Assembly: GCA_040220235.1 (NCBI GenBank)
Contig: JAVJTO010000055.1
DNA: 64,000 bases
Reading direction: 5' to 3' (one strand)
Source of the DNA: Coleofasciculus sp. B1-GNL1-01
GTDB lineage: Bacteria; Cyanobacteriota; Cyanobacteriia; Cyanobacteriales; Coleofasciculaceae
Positions 49,254-58,455 of this stretch are shown piece after piece (position 1 is the first letter of the stretch; every line of letters starts with the position of its first letter). A program made the position numbers and the translations under genes. The notes beneath the pieces are model-generated. The model was not told where the DNA came from, did not search any database, and saw nothing but the letters and a program-made list of their open reading frames with translations.

Positions 49254-49499
49254 ATGCGAAAAGCAGGAAAAGCGCTAAGACAGGTGTTGGAAGCCTACGG
49301 CATTAGCCAAAATAAGTTGGCGGTGGCAATGGGTATTGGGCGATCAACAATTCACCACTGGGTCAATGAGAGTCGAGATCCAGGAGGTGATGCCATTCTC
49401 GAAATTAGGAAAGGGCTGAATAAGCTTAATCCAACGGCAGCCGAGGAGTTCATTAGGTTGTATCTGGATGAGTCAGATGAGGGTGAGGAATCGTTGTAG
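49254..49499 (+). CDS. XRE-family HTH protein, copy 1
   Basis: GISQNKLAVAMGIGRSTIHHWVNESRDP. Confidence 0.9.
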   Translation: MRKAGKALRQVLEAYGISQNKLAVAMGIGRSTIHHWVNESRDPGGDAILEIRKGLNKLNPTAAEEFIRLYLDESDEGEESL

Positions 49500-49555
49500 G
49501 GAACGGGCTTTGTCCACCATTTACCCGGTTGTCAGCCTTTGACACAATCTCAGGC

Positions 49556-49801
49556 ATGGGAAAAGCAGGCAAAGCACTCAAACAAGTCTTGGAACGTTAT
49601 GGCATTACCCAAAATCGGTTAGCCGTGGTAATGCAAGTGGGGCGTTCTAATGTTCACCGCTGGGTTTATGAGGTGGCAGATCCCGTCGGCGATGCCATCC
49701 TAGAAATTAGGAAGGGACTGAATACGATTAATCCAGCAGCAGCAGAAGAGTTTATTCGTTTGTATCTGGATGAGTCAGAGGAGGATGAGGAACACTCTTA
49801 G
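49556..49801 (+). CDS. XRE-family HTH protein, copy 2
   Basis: GITQNRLAVVMQVGRSNVHRWVYEVADP; ATG at 49556. Confidence 0.9.
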   Translation: MGKAGKALKQVLERYGITQNRLAVVMQVGRSNVHRWVYEVADPVGDAILEIRKGLNTINPAAAEEFIRLYLDESEEDEEHS

Positions 49802-49854
49802 AGAAGGTGTTTTGTTAGCATTTCGCCTTCATGAGCCTTTGACAAAATTTAGGC

Positions 49855-50352
49855 ATGGGAAAAGCAGGGACAGTACTAAAGCAAGTGTTAGAAGCCTATG
49901 GCATTAGCCAAAATAAGTTGGCGGTGGCGATGGGTATTGGGCGTTCCAGTATCAACCGTTGGGTTAATGAAAATCGAGATCCAGGAGGTGATGCCATCTT
50001 AGAAATTAGAAAAGGGCTGAATACGATTAATCCGGTAGCAGCCGAGGAGTTTATTGGCTTGTATTTAGATGAGTCATTTGCCTCTGGCACTATAGAAACC
50101 ATGCGAAAGGCAGGAAAATCTTTAAGACAGGTGTTGGAAGCCTACAACATTAGCCAAAATAAGTTGGCGATAGCAATGGGTATTGGGCGATCAACAATTC
50201 ACCATTGGGTCAATGAAAGTCGAGATCCAGGAGGTGATGCCATTCTCGAAATTAGGAAGGGGCTGAATAAAATTAATCCAGCAGCAGCCGAGGAGTTTAT
50301 TCGGGTGTATCTGGATGAGTCAGATGAGGGTGAATTAGTTGACCAAGAGTAG
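49855..50352 (+). CDS. Tandem double XRE-HTH protein (copies 3 and 4 fused; internal ATG at 50101)
   Basis: two domains, GRSSINRW and GRSTIHHW; the linker is the upstream sequence of copy 1. Confidence 0.85.
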   Translation: MGKAGTVLKQVLEAYGISQNKLAVAMGIGRSSINRWVNENRDPGGDAILEIRKGLNTINPVAAEEFIGLYLDESFASGTIETMRKAGKSLRQVLEAYNISQNKLAIAMGIGRSTIHHWVNESRDPGGDAILEIRKGLNKINPAAAEEFIRVYLDESDEGELVDQE

Positions 50353-50405
50353 TAGTATGACTAGCCAAGCCAAACAGGATTAGGCATTAAAGATTAGAAG
50401 TGAAT

Positions 50406-50966
50406 CTAAATTGCACTTTTCATCTTTTTGTAGCCTTTTGCCCAATTCAAGGGTCGCTTATTACCATGTTTTTTTTGCAAATCCTTTAGATCTTTATAAG
50501 GGCGTTTACTAATAATTTGCTTTGCATAATTATCCCCAATACCATAAATTTGAGTAAGATCCGATTTCTGATCATTGAGGAAATTGATGAAGTTCGTCAT
50601 ATCTTGAGAATCAAGAATGATTTGATTGAGTTTTGACTGTAACAGAGCTTGTTCAATGGCTTTTTCAGTGTCCCTCTGATCTGCCGAAATCAAAAATACC
50701 CAAATTCGCTGCATTCCTGAATTTACAGCCGCTTGATAGATAGGTAAACCCGTCAAGAGACGATAGCTATTGTCCTGATCCGTTAAGCAAGCAATTGGAA
50801 GAGAGAAATTAGTACTCCATGTTTGTAATGCCTGTGAAATATTTTCAAGTTCTGCTTTTGAAACTTCAGGTTTTCCCGGAGGAACTTCTAATTGGTTCAC
50901 GGCCACTAAATAAGGTTTTGTTTCAATCTGTTTAAAATCTTCAATCATTTTTATTGTCCTTTTCAA
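50406..50966 (-). CDS. ParB/Srx-like N-terminal domain plus helix-hairpin-helix protein
   Basis: YRLLTG..IYQAA...IWVFLI (ParB-like); LTQIYGIGDNYAKQIISKRPY (HhH); overlaps the parA-like stop. Confidence 0.6.
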   Translation of the reverse strand: MKRTIKMIEDFKQIETKPYLVAVNQLEVPPGKPEVSKAELENISQALQTWSTNFSLPIACLTDQDNSYRLLTGLPIYQAAVNSGMQRIWVFLISADQRDTEKAIEQALLQSKLNQIILDSQDMTNFINFLNDQKSDLTQIYGIGDNYAKQIISKRPYKDLKDLQKKHGNKRPLNWAKGYKKMKSAI

Positions 50967-51855
50967 TAACCTCTATTCTTTCTAAAACTTTCTGAGTCAA
51001 TTCTATAAATTCTTCGGCGATATTTTCAGCTTTCGATTGCTGTTGAGCAAATAGAGAAATCGGCTTACGTGCCCTCGACGCTTGGCTGATATAGTCAGAG
51101 CGATGGATTTCTGGTAATATCGGTATGTTATCCTCCTTCTCAAGTCGTTTTTCCAGTAACTTTCTCACCATACTATTAAGTCGTGATCTTTTTTGCGTCA
51201 TCATGGGGACTATTCCCAGAACCATACCTCGTTTATTCGCAAATTGTTGTCGAACAAGCCGCATGAAATCTAGTGGTGTATTGATACCATATACTGATAG
51301 ATACTCTAGCTGAGTTGGAATAAGTAGGTACTGAGCTGCAATTAAGCCCCCCTTAGCAATATCAGTTGAACTTGGAGGTGTATCAATGATTACATAATCA
51401 TAATTACTAGCGATGCCTGGTGTTTGAAGTGCTGTATCCAATCGTGTTTGCGGCATTAGCAAGTTACTAATTGCCTTATCTGTAGTTCGATAACTACCCG
51501 GTAATACGTCGATTATACCACTACAGGTAGATATATCCTCTAGATCTGCATTTAGAGCAGATGGTCTTATATATTCTTGGTAATCAAAGCTGGGTAACTC
51601 GTAGTCACATAAAAAATCTATGAGCTCTTTTCTATGCTTGAAAGTCTCTAAAATTATTTTAAATTCTTCAAAGCTAGAAGCTTTATCTAGTTTATCAGCT
51701 TCGTTAACACCTAAAGAAAGACTAGCATTAGCTTGATCATCCAAGTCAACCACTAAAACCCTATAGTTAAGTTTGGCTAGTTCATAAGCAAGGTTAATCA
51801 CTAAAGTAGTTTTGCCAACGCCTCCCTTTGACGTATGGATTGCAATTGTACGCAT
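50941..51855 (-). CDS. ParA/Soj-family ATPase
   Basis: KGGVGKTT, VDLDDQANAS, YDYVIIDTPPS. Confidence 0.9.
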   Translation of the reverse strand: MRTIAIHTSKGGVGKTTLVINLAYELAKLNYRVLVVDLDDQANASLSLGVNEADKLDKASSFEEFKIILETFKHRKELIDFLCDYELPSFDYQEYIRPSALNADLEDISTCSGIIDVLPGSYRTTDKAISNLLMPQTRLDTALQTPGIASNYDYVIIDTPPSSTDIAKGGLIAAQYLLIPTQLEYLSVYGINTPLDFMRLVRQQFANKRGMVLGIVPMMTQKRSRLNSMVRKLLEKRLEKEDNIPILPEIHRSDYISQASRARKPISLFAQQQSKAENIAEEFIELTQKVLERIEVIEKDNKND

Positions 51856-52205
51856 TTAAAAAAACAGATATGATATATAGTACTTTCAAAAGTCGGCAAC
51901 TGTGTAATACAACTGGTGTAATCCAAAATGGAGGTTGTGAGTCACAGATTTTCCCTTTACTATAGCTTATACTTCTGGAGACAGCAAGGTTAAAATTTCG
52001 CTTAAGATCAGGAGATTGAGGAGTGTTAGGTTAAGACTTTAGGGGAGCGGAGGATCAGGAGGACAAGGTAGAATCCCCCCTTTTTTGTATTCTATGATAC
52101 ATTTTTCGGTTTGACTCCTCTTGGTTGTCAAAGTTTGTAGAGGGTGACAACCCCTAGAAAAAGTAGCTACCCTATGAGAACGGGTTATCGATAATATAAA
52201 TAGCC

Positions 52206-55200
52206 ATGGCAAGCAAGCTCTGGAAAAACATTTTGAAGGTTTTGAATACTGACGTTGATCAGTTGCTTTCAGTCGATCAAGTAACGAGTGGTTCAGAAAC
52301 ACTAAAGAGTGGAACCGAGGCGGCAAAAGCCGTTTTGGATTTGGCGAAGACACTCAAAGAAGAAGGGAGCAACGTCCGGCAATTAGCCCCATGGATGGGG
52401 AAATTTTCCTCACTATTAGAGGTATTAAACTCACCTCCAGCTCAAATTATGGGAGCAAGCTTACCGTTCATCCCCTTGGCAACCGGACTACTAGCATTTT
52501 ACCTGAAACAAACTAAGCGAGAACTCTCTCTAGAAGAGTGTGTGGCATTTGTGAGCCAAGCGGCATATTTAGAAAGTTTACAAAAAACTTATGAGTTTTT
52601 ACCTGAACACACTTTGTCAGAGTTAAACCGAATTGGTAAAACTCGAACTTCAGCAGAAATCGTCAAGCAGATTAGACGTTTAGGTCAGAGGCTTGAGTTG
52701 GATGAGTCAGAAGCCAAAAAAGCACTTTTGTGCTTTCATGAATCCAAGTTAGCGCACGATTTCAACAAGGTGTTAACCGCTCGGTTATGTCAGGCAGGAC
52801 TAAATAAAACTCAAGCCCAGCTTTTATCAAGGCGGGTTGCTCACGGTACTCACCGATATATGATACAAGCCTTAGTTGAGGCAGGAGATTCAGTCAAACG
52901 CCTAGCCGACTTTTATCGTGATGGCTGGCGGCGAGACTTGGCAAAATATCAGAGTATTGACAACTATCTGGATAAGCAAATCAAGCAGAAGCCAATTGAG
53001 CGAGTATTTGATGAAGAATTTACGTTCCAAGATATCTATGTATCGCTGAAGGTACAACCTGTAAAGCAAAGTGGTGAACTGGATGAAAGGTCAAAACCAA
53101 TTGATATAGAGAAATGGACGCAGAAGATACTTGAAGATTCTGGTAAACAGAACCAGGTCATGTTCATTGAAGGTGGACCTGGACGGGGGAAGAGTGTATT
53201 TTGTCGCATGTTTGCCGATTGGGTCAGACAGCACTTGTATCCCATCTGGATACCGATTTTAATCCGGTTACGCGATATCACAACCTTTGACAAGGATTTA
53301 GAAAAAACCCTACAAACAGCTATCGGCTGGGATTTTGCTACGAGTGATAGTGGTTGGTTAACAGATGGCAATACTCGATTTTTGTTTTTGCTGGATGGCT
53401 TCGATGAATTGCTATTGCAAGGGAGAAGTGATAGAGGCTTAAAACAATTCATCACCCAAGTGGCAAAATTTCAACAACGTTGCCACGAGAATAGTGAAAA
53501 GGGACACAGAGTTTTGATTACTGGCAGATCCTTGTCCTTACAAAGTCCAAGCATTGAGCTGTCGATGCCAAATAATCTGGAGCGTGTGACAATCATACCC
53601 ATGGATGACAAAAGCCAGAAGAAATGGCTTGATAAGTGGCAAATTCAGGTAGGAACTGAAAAAACTACGGAATTTCGCCAGTTTTTACAAGATGAACGTT
53701 TGCCAGACCGAGTACGAGAATTGGCTAGAGAGCCGTTACTACTATATCTCTTGGCAGCCATGCATCGGGATAATCAGTTAAATAATGCCATGTTTGAGCA
53801 AGGTAGTAGTGTTGAAACCAAGATTTTGATTTATGAACAGTCTCTTGATTGGGTTCTCACTAAACAACGCTCTGACCAAGGGTACAATTTAAATACCGCA
53901 CTAACAGAATTAGATGTACAAAATTTGCGAATAATTCTGGCTGAAGCTGGACTCTGTGTCGTCCAGTCTGGTGGAGAATATGCATCAATCGCTATGATTG
54001 AACAACGGTTACGTCGCCAAGGTGAAGAGTATACTCAAGTTTTAGAAAGATCACAGACTCAGGACAAGGAAAATCCTCTGAGAAATATTCTTGCCACTTT
54101 TTACTTACAACCGACCAGTGGACGAGATGGTTCAGTTGAGTTTGTACACAAAAGCTTTAGTGATTTTTTGTTTGCTGAACGGCTGCGAGAAAGTTTAGAA
54201 GCATGGACAATACAAGGGGGCAAGCATCAAACCTCGTATGAGGTGTCGAGAGATGATATGAATTGGGAAATTTATGACCTACTTGGCTATGGAGGGCTGA
54301 CGCCGGATATTGTAGACTATCTGAGCGCCTGGTTAAATACTAGTGAGACAATAAATACAGGTATCCTATTTGAACGCCTAGAGTATTTCTATTTTCGTTG
54401 GTGTGATGGAGAGTTTATTGATGTTGATACAATCGATAAAAACTTTCCTTTAACCAAAAAGCAGCAATGGCAAGACCCTAAATTTTTAGTGGAAAAGCGA
54501 TGGATAAATATTCACACCGTAGATATTTATACAGGTCTAAATATTTTGATTTTGCTTTTAGAGTTACATCGCCTTGCTCAAGACCAAGAAAATCTGAAAA
54601 AAACAGTTGATTTTTATCCCTGTGGTCAGCCCGATCATGATGATTTTGACGGCTCTCGACTACGGCGGATTATTGGCTACAGCTACTGTATTGGAGTTGA
54701 TGCATTTGTACAGACTGTAGGGAAATTTTTGAGCCATGCAGAACTAAGTAGTGTGGATTTACATAGCGCTGACCTTCAGGGGGTCAATCTATGTAGCGCC
54801 AATCTTAGTAATGCTAACTTAAGTAGTGCTGACTTGCGGGGAGTCAACTTGAGTAACGCTAATCTCAGTAACACTAATCTAAATGGTGCTGATCTCCGCA
54901 GCGCTAATCTCAGTGGTGCCAAACTCAGCCATGCTAATCTTAGTCATGCTAACTTGAGGGGATCTAACTTCCGAGACGCTAATCTCAGCAATGCTGAACT
55001 ACGAGGTGCTAATTTGGATCGTGCTGACTTCAGTAGTACCCAATTGAATCAGGCATTTCTAAATCATGCATCCTGCCGTTATACTAATCTAAGTGGTGCT
55101 AATTTAAGTGGTGCTGAACTCCTTAGTGCTGATCTAGTGGGAGCTAACCTGAAATACGGATCTCTTAGTCGTGCATCTCTGCGAGGTGCTGACCTCCAAA

Positions 55201-55349
55201 ATGCCGACCTGAGTAGTGCTAACATTAGTCGTGCCTTCCTAGGAGGAATAATCTGGAATATAGAAACAATATGGGATGATGTCAGTGGAATGGACACAGC
55301 ATATGAACTGCCAGCCAATCTCAGGCAAGTGTTTGGATTAGGATCTTAG
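52206..55349 (+). CDS. NACHT NTPase with N-terminal helical domain and C-terminal pentapeptide repeats
   Basis: GGPGRGKS Walker A, FLLDGFDEL Walker B, LITGR, EPLLL, EFVHKSF; A(D/N)Lxx repeats. Confidence 0.9.
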   Translation: MASKLWKNILKVLNTDVDQLLSVDQVTSGSETLKSGTEAAKAVLDLAKTLKEEGSNVRQLAPWMGKFSSLLEVLNSPPAQIMGASLPFIPLATGLLAFYLKQTKRELSLEECVAFVSQAAYLESLQKTYEFLPEHTLSELNRIGKTRTSAEIVKQIRRLGQRLELDESEAKKALLCFHESKLAHDFNKVLTARLCQAGLNKTQAQLLSRRVAHGTHRYMIQALVEAGDSVKRLADFYRDGWRRDLAKYQSIDNYLDKQIKQKPIERVFDEEFTFQDIYVSLKVQPVKQSGELDERSKPIDIEKWTQKILEDSGKQNQVMFIEGGPGRGKSVFCRMFADWVRQHLYPIWIPILIRLRDITTFDKDLEKTLQTAIGWDFATSDSGWLTDGNTRFLFLLDGFDELLLQGRSDRGLKQFITQVAKFQQRCHENSEKGHRVLITGRSLSLQSPSIELSMPNNLERVTIIPMDDKSQKKWLDKWQIQVGTEKTTEFRQFLQDERLPDRVRELAREPLLLYLLAAMHRDNQLNNAMFEQGSSVETKILIYEQSLDWVLTKQRSDQGYNLNTALTELDVQNLRIILAEAGLCVVQSGGEYASIAMIEQRLRRQGEEYTQVLERSQTQDKENPLRNILATFYLQPTSGRDGSVEFVHKSFSDFLFAERLRESLEAWTIQGGKHQTSYEVSRDDMNWEIYDLLGYGGLTPDIVDYLSAWLNTSETINTGILFERLEYFYFRWCDGEFIDVDTIDKNFPLTKKQQWQDPKFLVEKRWINIHTVDIYTGLNILILLLELHRLAQDQENLKKTVDFYPCGQPDHDDFDGSRLRRIIGYSYCIGVDAFVQTVGKFLSHAELSSVDLHSADLQGVNLCSANLSNANLSSADLRGVNLSNANLSNTNLNGADLRSANLSGAKLSHANLSHANLRGSNFRDANLSNAELRGANLDRADFSSTQLNQAFLNHASCRYTNLSGANLSGAELLSADLVGANLKYGSLSRASLRGADLQNADLSSANISRAFLGGIIWNIETIWDDVSGMDTAYELPANLRQVFGLGS

Positions 55350-55457
55350 AAGCACTAATTGGATGTTTAGAGTACGATGGGAGTCATTAGATAGAGAGAA
55401 CATAACTCATTCAAGCTGGTTATCGACTCAAAGTTTTTCATACACGAAAAAGCAACA

Positions 55458-55844
55458 ATGGCTGAACTCACCATTCAAGTACCAGACGAACTGGCTCAAC
55501 GCCTAGAACCACTCCGCGATCGTCTTCCGGAATTACTACAGCGTCTCGTAGAAACCGTTCCTCCCAGAATTCCCTTACCTAACCAAATCTCATCTGTTAC
55601 TAACCCAAAAGATGCTCCAATTGCATACACTGAAGTTCTAGACTTTCTGATCACCCGCCCTACTCCTCAAGAAATCACTACCTTTAAAGTATCAGCAGAA
55701 GCTCAAGAACGTCTCCGCACACTGCTAGACAAAAACCGAGAAGGAACTCTCACAGAAGCTGAAGCAACAGAACTTGATTTATATGAGCAGTTAGAGCATC
55801 TGATGATTCTGCTTAAAGCCAAAGCTTATGACTTAATCGGATAA
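55458..55844 (+). CDS. Putative antitoxin of the type found upstream of HNH genes
   Basis: LTIQVPDELAQRL...EVLDFL...PTPQEI...QERLRTLLDKNREGTLT..E..ELD. Confidence 0.7.
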   Translation: MAELTIQVPDELAQRLEPLRDRLPELLQRLVETVPPRIPLPNQISSVTNPKDAPIAYTEVLDFLITRPTPQEITTFKVSAEAQERLRTLLDKNREGTLTEAEATELDLYEQLEHLMILLKAKAYDLIG

Positions 55845-55919
55845 ATGACTGCTTCCTCGATTTCTCTTTCCCTACGTCAGCTCAATCAACCTATTCAGAT
55901 TATCATAAAGAAAACATAG
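55845..55919 (+). pseudogene. Internally deleted HNH-toxin remnant
   Basis: ATG directly after the antitoxin stop; MTASSISLSLRQL|NQPIQ looks like an HNH N-terminus joined to a C-terminal QLN. Confidence 0.45.
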
Positions 55920-55981
55920 CTAATCCACTCTGGCTGTTGTCGAGTTAAACTTACCGTGCAGAAAGTCGAGAGAAATAACCC

Positions 55982-56998
55982 ATGCTAAACAGCCTTCAAC
56001 TCAAAAATTTTGGTCCGATAGACCAGCTTAAGTGCGAACACTTAGGCAATGTTAACTTAATTATTGGTGAAAATAGCACAGGTAAAACAATATTACTCAA
56101 GGCTCTTTACAGTGCTATGCGAACCTTGGAAACCTATAAACGGGGCAATGAACCGCGCAGCGCTGAAGAAATACTGGCAGACAAACTTTACTGGACATTC
56201 GAGACGGTAAAAATCGGCGAACTCGTAAGAAAAGAAGCGGATGAACCTTTATCATTGCAGATTAACGTTGATAATCAAAAATTTGTTTATACTTTCGGCA
56301 GAGATACAACCAAGACTATTCAGAACTTAGACAATCATGTTACACCCCGCGAGAGTAACTCAATTTTTTTACCTGCAAAAGAAGTTCTTTCTCTGCACTC
56401 AATTATTTTAGAAACTCGTGAACTAGACCAAACCTTTGGCTTTGATGATACATACCTCGACCTAGCCCGCGCCTTGCGTCAATCTCCTAAAGGTGGCAAA
56501 AATCATAGAGAATTTGCTGAATCGCGAAAAAACCTAAAAGATATCTTAGACGGCAAAATTGAGTATGACGAAAGTTCAGGAATTTGGCACTTTAAGAAAG
56601 GCAATCAAAAGTTCTCTATTGGAGTTACAGCAGAAGGCATCAAGAAAATTTCGATTCTCGATACTTTACTCGGAAACCGCTATCTTGATCCGCAATCCGT
56701 CATTTTTATTGATGAACCAGAAGCCGCGCTGCATCCAAATGCTATTTCAAAATTATTGGACATCATCGCTATGTTAGCGAAATGTGGAATCCAGTTTTTC
56801 ATGGCAAGTCACTCTTACTTTGTGATCAAAAAATTATTTCTCATCGCTCAACAACAAAATGAAATCTCAATCAAAATAATTTCAACTAATCCTGAACAGT
56901 GGACTATTGCCGATCTAAAAGATGGTTTGCCGAGTAATCCTATTATTGATGAATCTATCCAACTTTACAAAGAAGAAGTGGGGCTGGCTTTTCAATGA
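55982..56998 (+). CDS. ABC-type (AAA_15/AAA_21-like) ATPase
   Basis: LKNFGPI, GENSTGKT, TAEGIKK, FIDEPEAALHP, ASHS. Confidence 0.85.
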   Translation: MLNSLQLKNFGPIDQLKCEHLGNVNLIIGENSTGKTILLKALYSAMRTLETYKRGNEPRSAEEILADKLYWTFETVKIGELVRKEADEPLSLQINVDNQKFVYTFGRDTTKTIQNLDNHVTPRESNSIFLPAKEVLSLHSIILETRELDQTFGFDDTYLDLARALRQSPKGGKNHREFAESRKNLKDILDGKIEYDESSGIWHFKKGNQKFSIGVTAEGIKKISILDTLLGNRYLDPQSVIFIDEPEAALHPNAISKLLDIIAMLAKCGIQFFMASHSYFVIKKLFLIAQQQNEISIKIISTNPEQWTIADLKDGLPSNPIIDESIQLYKEEVGLAFQ

Positions 56999-57510
56999 TC
57001 ACTCAACCGATTATTGAATCTGGAATGACGTTCGGACTTTATCCAGAAGGACATTGCTTCCATATTGAAAAAAGTCAAACCTACCAAGACCTCCAGGAAG
57101 GCGTTAAGATAGCAGAGCTTGTGTTGCTACATCCTCCCAATTCACTCAAGGTATGGATTATTGAAGCAAAATCTAGCTCACCTCGTCCTGAAACACAACC
57201 AGGGTTTGACGATTTTATCGAAGAAATCCGAGAGAAATTGACGAACGGGCTGAATCTCTGTATGGCAACTTGCTTAAAACGCCATGGAACATGGACAGAA
57301 TTACCTTCTTTCTTTCAGACACTCGATTTAGAAAAAATTGATTTTCGCTTACTATTAGTGATCAATGGACATAAAGAAGAATGGCTCCCACCATTACATG
57401 ACGCCCTAAAAAAAGCACTAAACTCGACTGTAAAAACTTGGCATTTATCGGCAAATTCTGTGGTCGTGCTAAATCACACATTAGCTCAACAACAAGGATT
57501 AATTCGCTAA
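56995..57510 (+). CDS. Hypothetical PD-(D/E)XK-like protein translationally coupled to the ATPase
   Basis: ATGA overlap; IAELVL...WIIEAKSS motif. Confidence 0.55.
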   Translation: MITQPIIESGMTFGLYPEGHCFHIEKSQTYQDLQEGVKIAELVLLHPPNSLKVWIIEAKSSSPRPETQPGFDDFIEEIREKLTNGLNLCMATCLKRHGTWTELPSFFQTLDLEKIDFRLLLVINGHKEEWLPPLHDALKKALNSTVKTWHLSANSVVVLNHTLAQQQGLIR

Positions 57511-57596
57511 TGGTTAAATGTCAATTCATGCTTTGAATAGTAATAACTGAAATCATAAAGATTTATTCAATGACAAGATGTGATATCTCGCGACCA

Positions 57597-58140
57597 TTAT
57601 GCTGATTTATAGGCGATAAACGCTACACGAGATTTGGGTAGAGGGTATTCACCATAACTCCGCATTGTTTGCACCTCAAAACCGACTTGACGCAGTTGTT
57701 CGGCGATATCTGTCCCTTGGTATAATTGTTGGCGGTGTACTTCCTCATCCCGTCGGTAGTATTCCCCCACCTTCCGAAACGTAATAATTCGACGAGTTAA
57801 TAGTTCCTGTTCACGATCCTCCAGCTTTTCCACCAGTACCACCCAATCCTCTCCCTCTGTAAATCCCTGGCTGGGGATTCCTGGTGCAACTTGTCCGGGT
57901 TCCACAATGTCGAAAATGAAAACTCCTCCAGGTTTTAAGGCGTTATAAATACGATAAAATAGCTGGATTAGTGAAGCGCGATCGCACTTGGGATCAAACA
58001 GGTAGTTCAGGCATTCACCAATGGAGGTGACAGCATTACAGGGCGGAATCTCTACATTGAACAATTGAACAGTGACTCAACCAGAAACTCCGCTTCGGGG
58101 ACTCGGGTTCGTGCTATGGCGATCATTGACTCAGAACTAT
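57597..58140 (-). pseudogene. Class I SAM methyltransferase pseudogene
   Basis: SESMIAIARTRVPEAEFLVESLFN, then an 8-bp duplication (attgaaca x2, 58056-58071) shifts the frame; ALKPGGVFIFD follows; motif I/N-terminus missing. Confidence 0.75.
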
Positions 58141-58455
58141 CCCTTTTCCATATTCGCTAACTCCGCCCCGACAAAACGATACCCAACCCTCTTTTGTATG
58201 ACCAAGGGCGGGTTTTGTTGAAAGGTTATCGGTAAATATCCTAATTAAACCCTAAACCCGCCCCTACAGATGTCTTTCGGGTTGCACGAACTGACGCCTT
58301 CGATTAGGGTAGGAATTTCATTGCCGATTCAATCAGAACCGCTAAATCGATCCATTAATTTTTGTTACGATAAACACGGATGGAGAGTCAGCGGCGCACC
58401 TAAAACGTCTGATCGCTCAATCTCCCTGCTGTAATCTGCTTGAGACAATACACCC

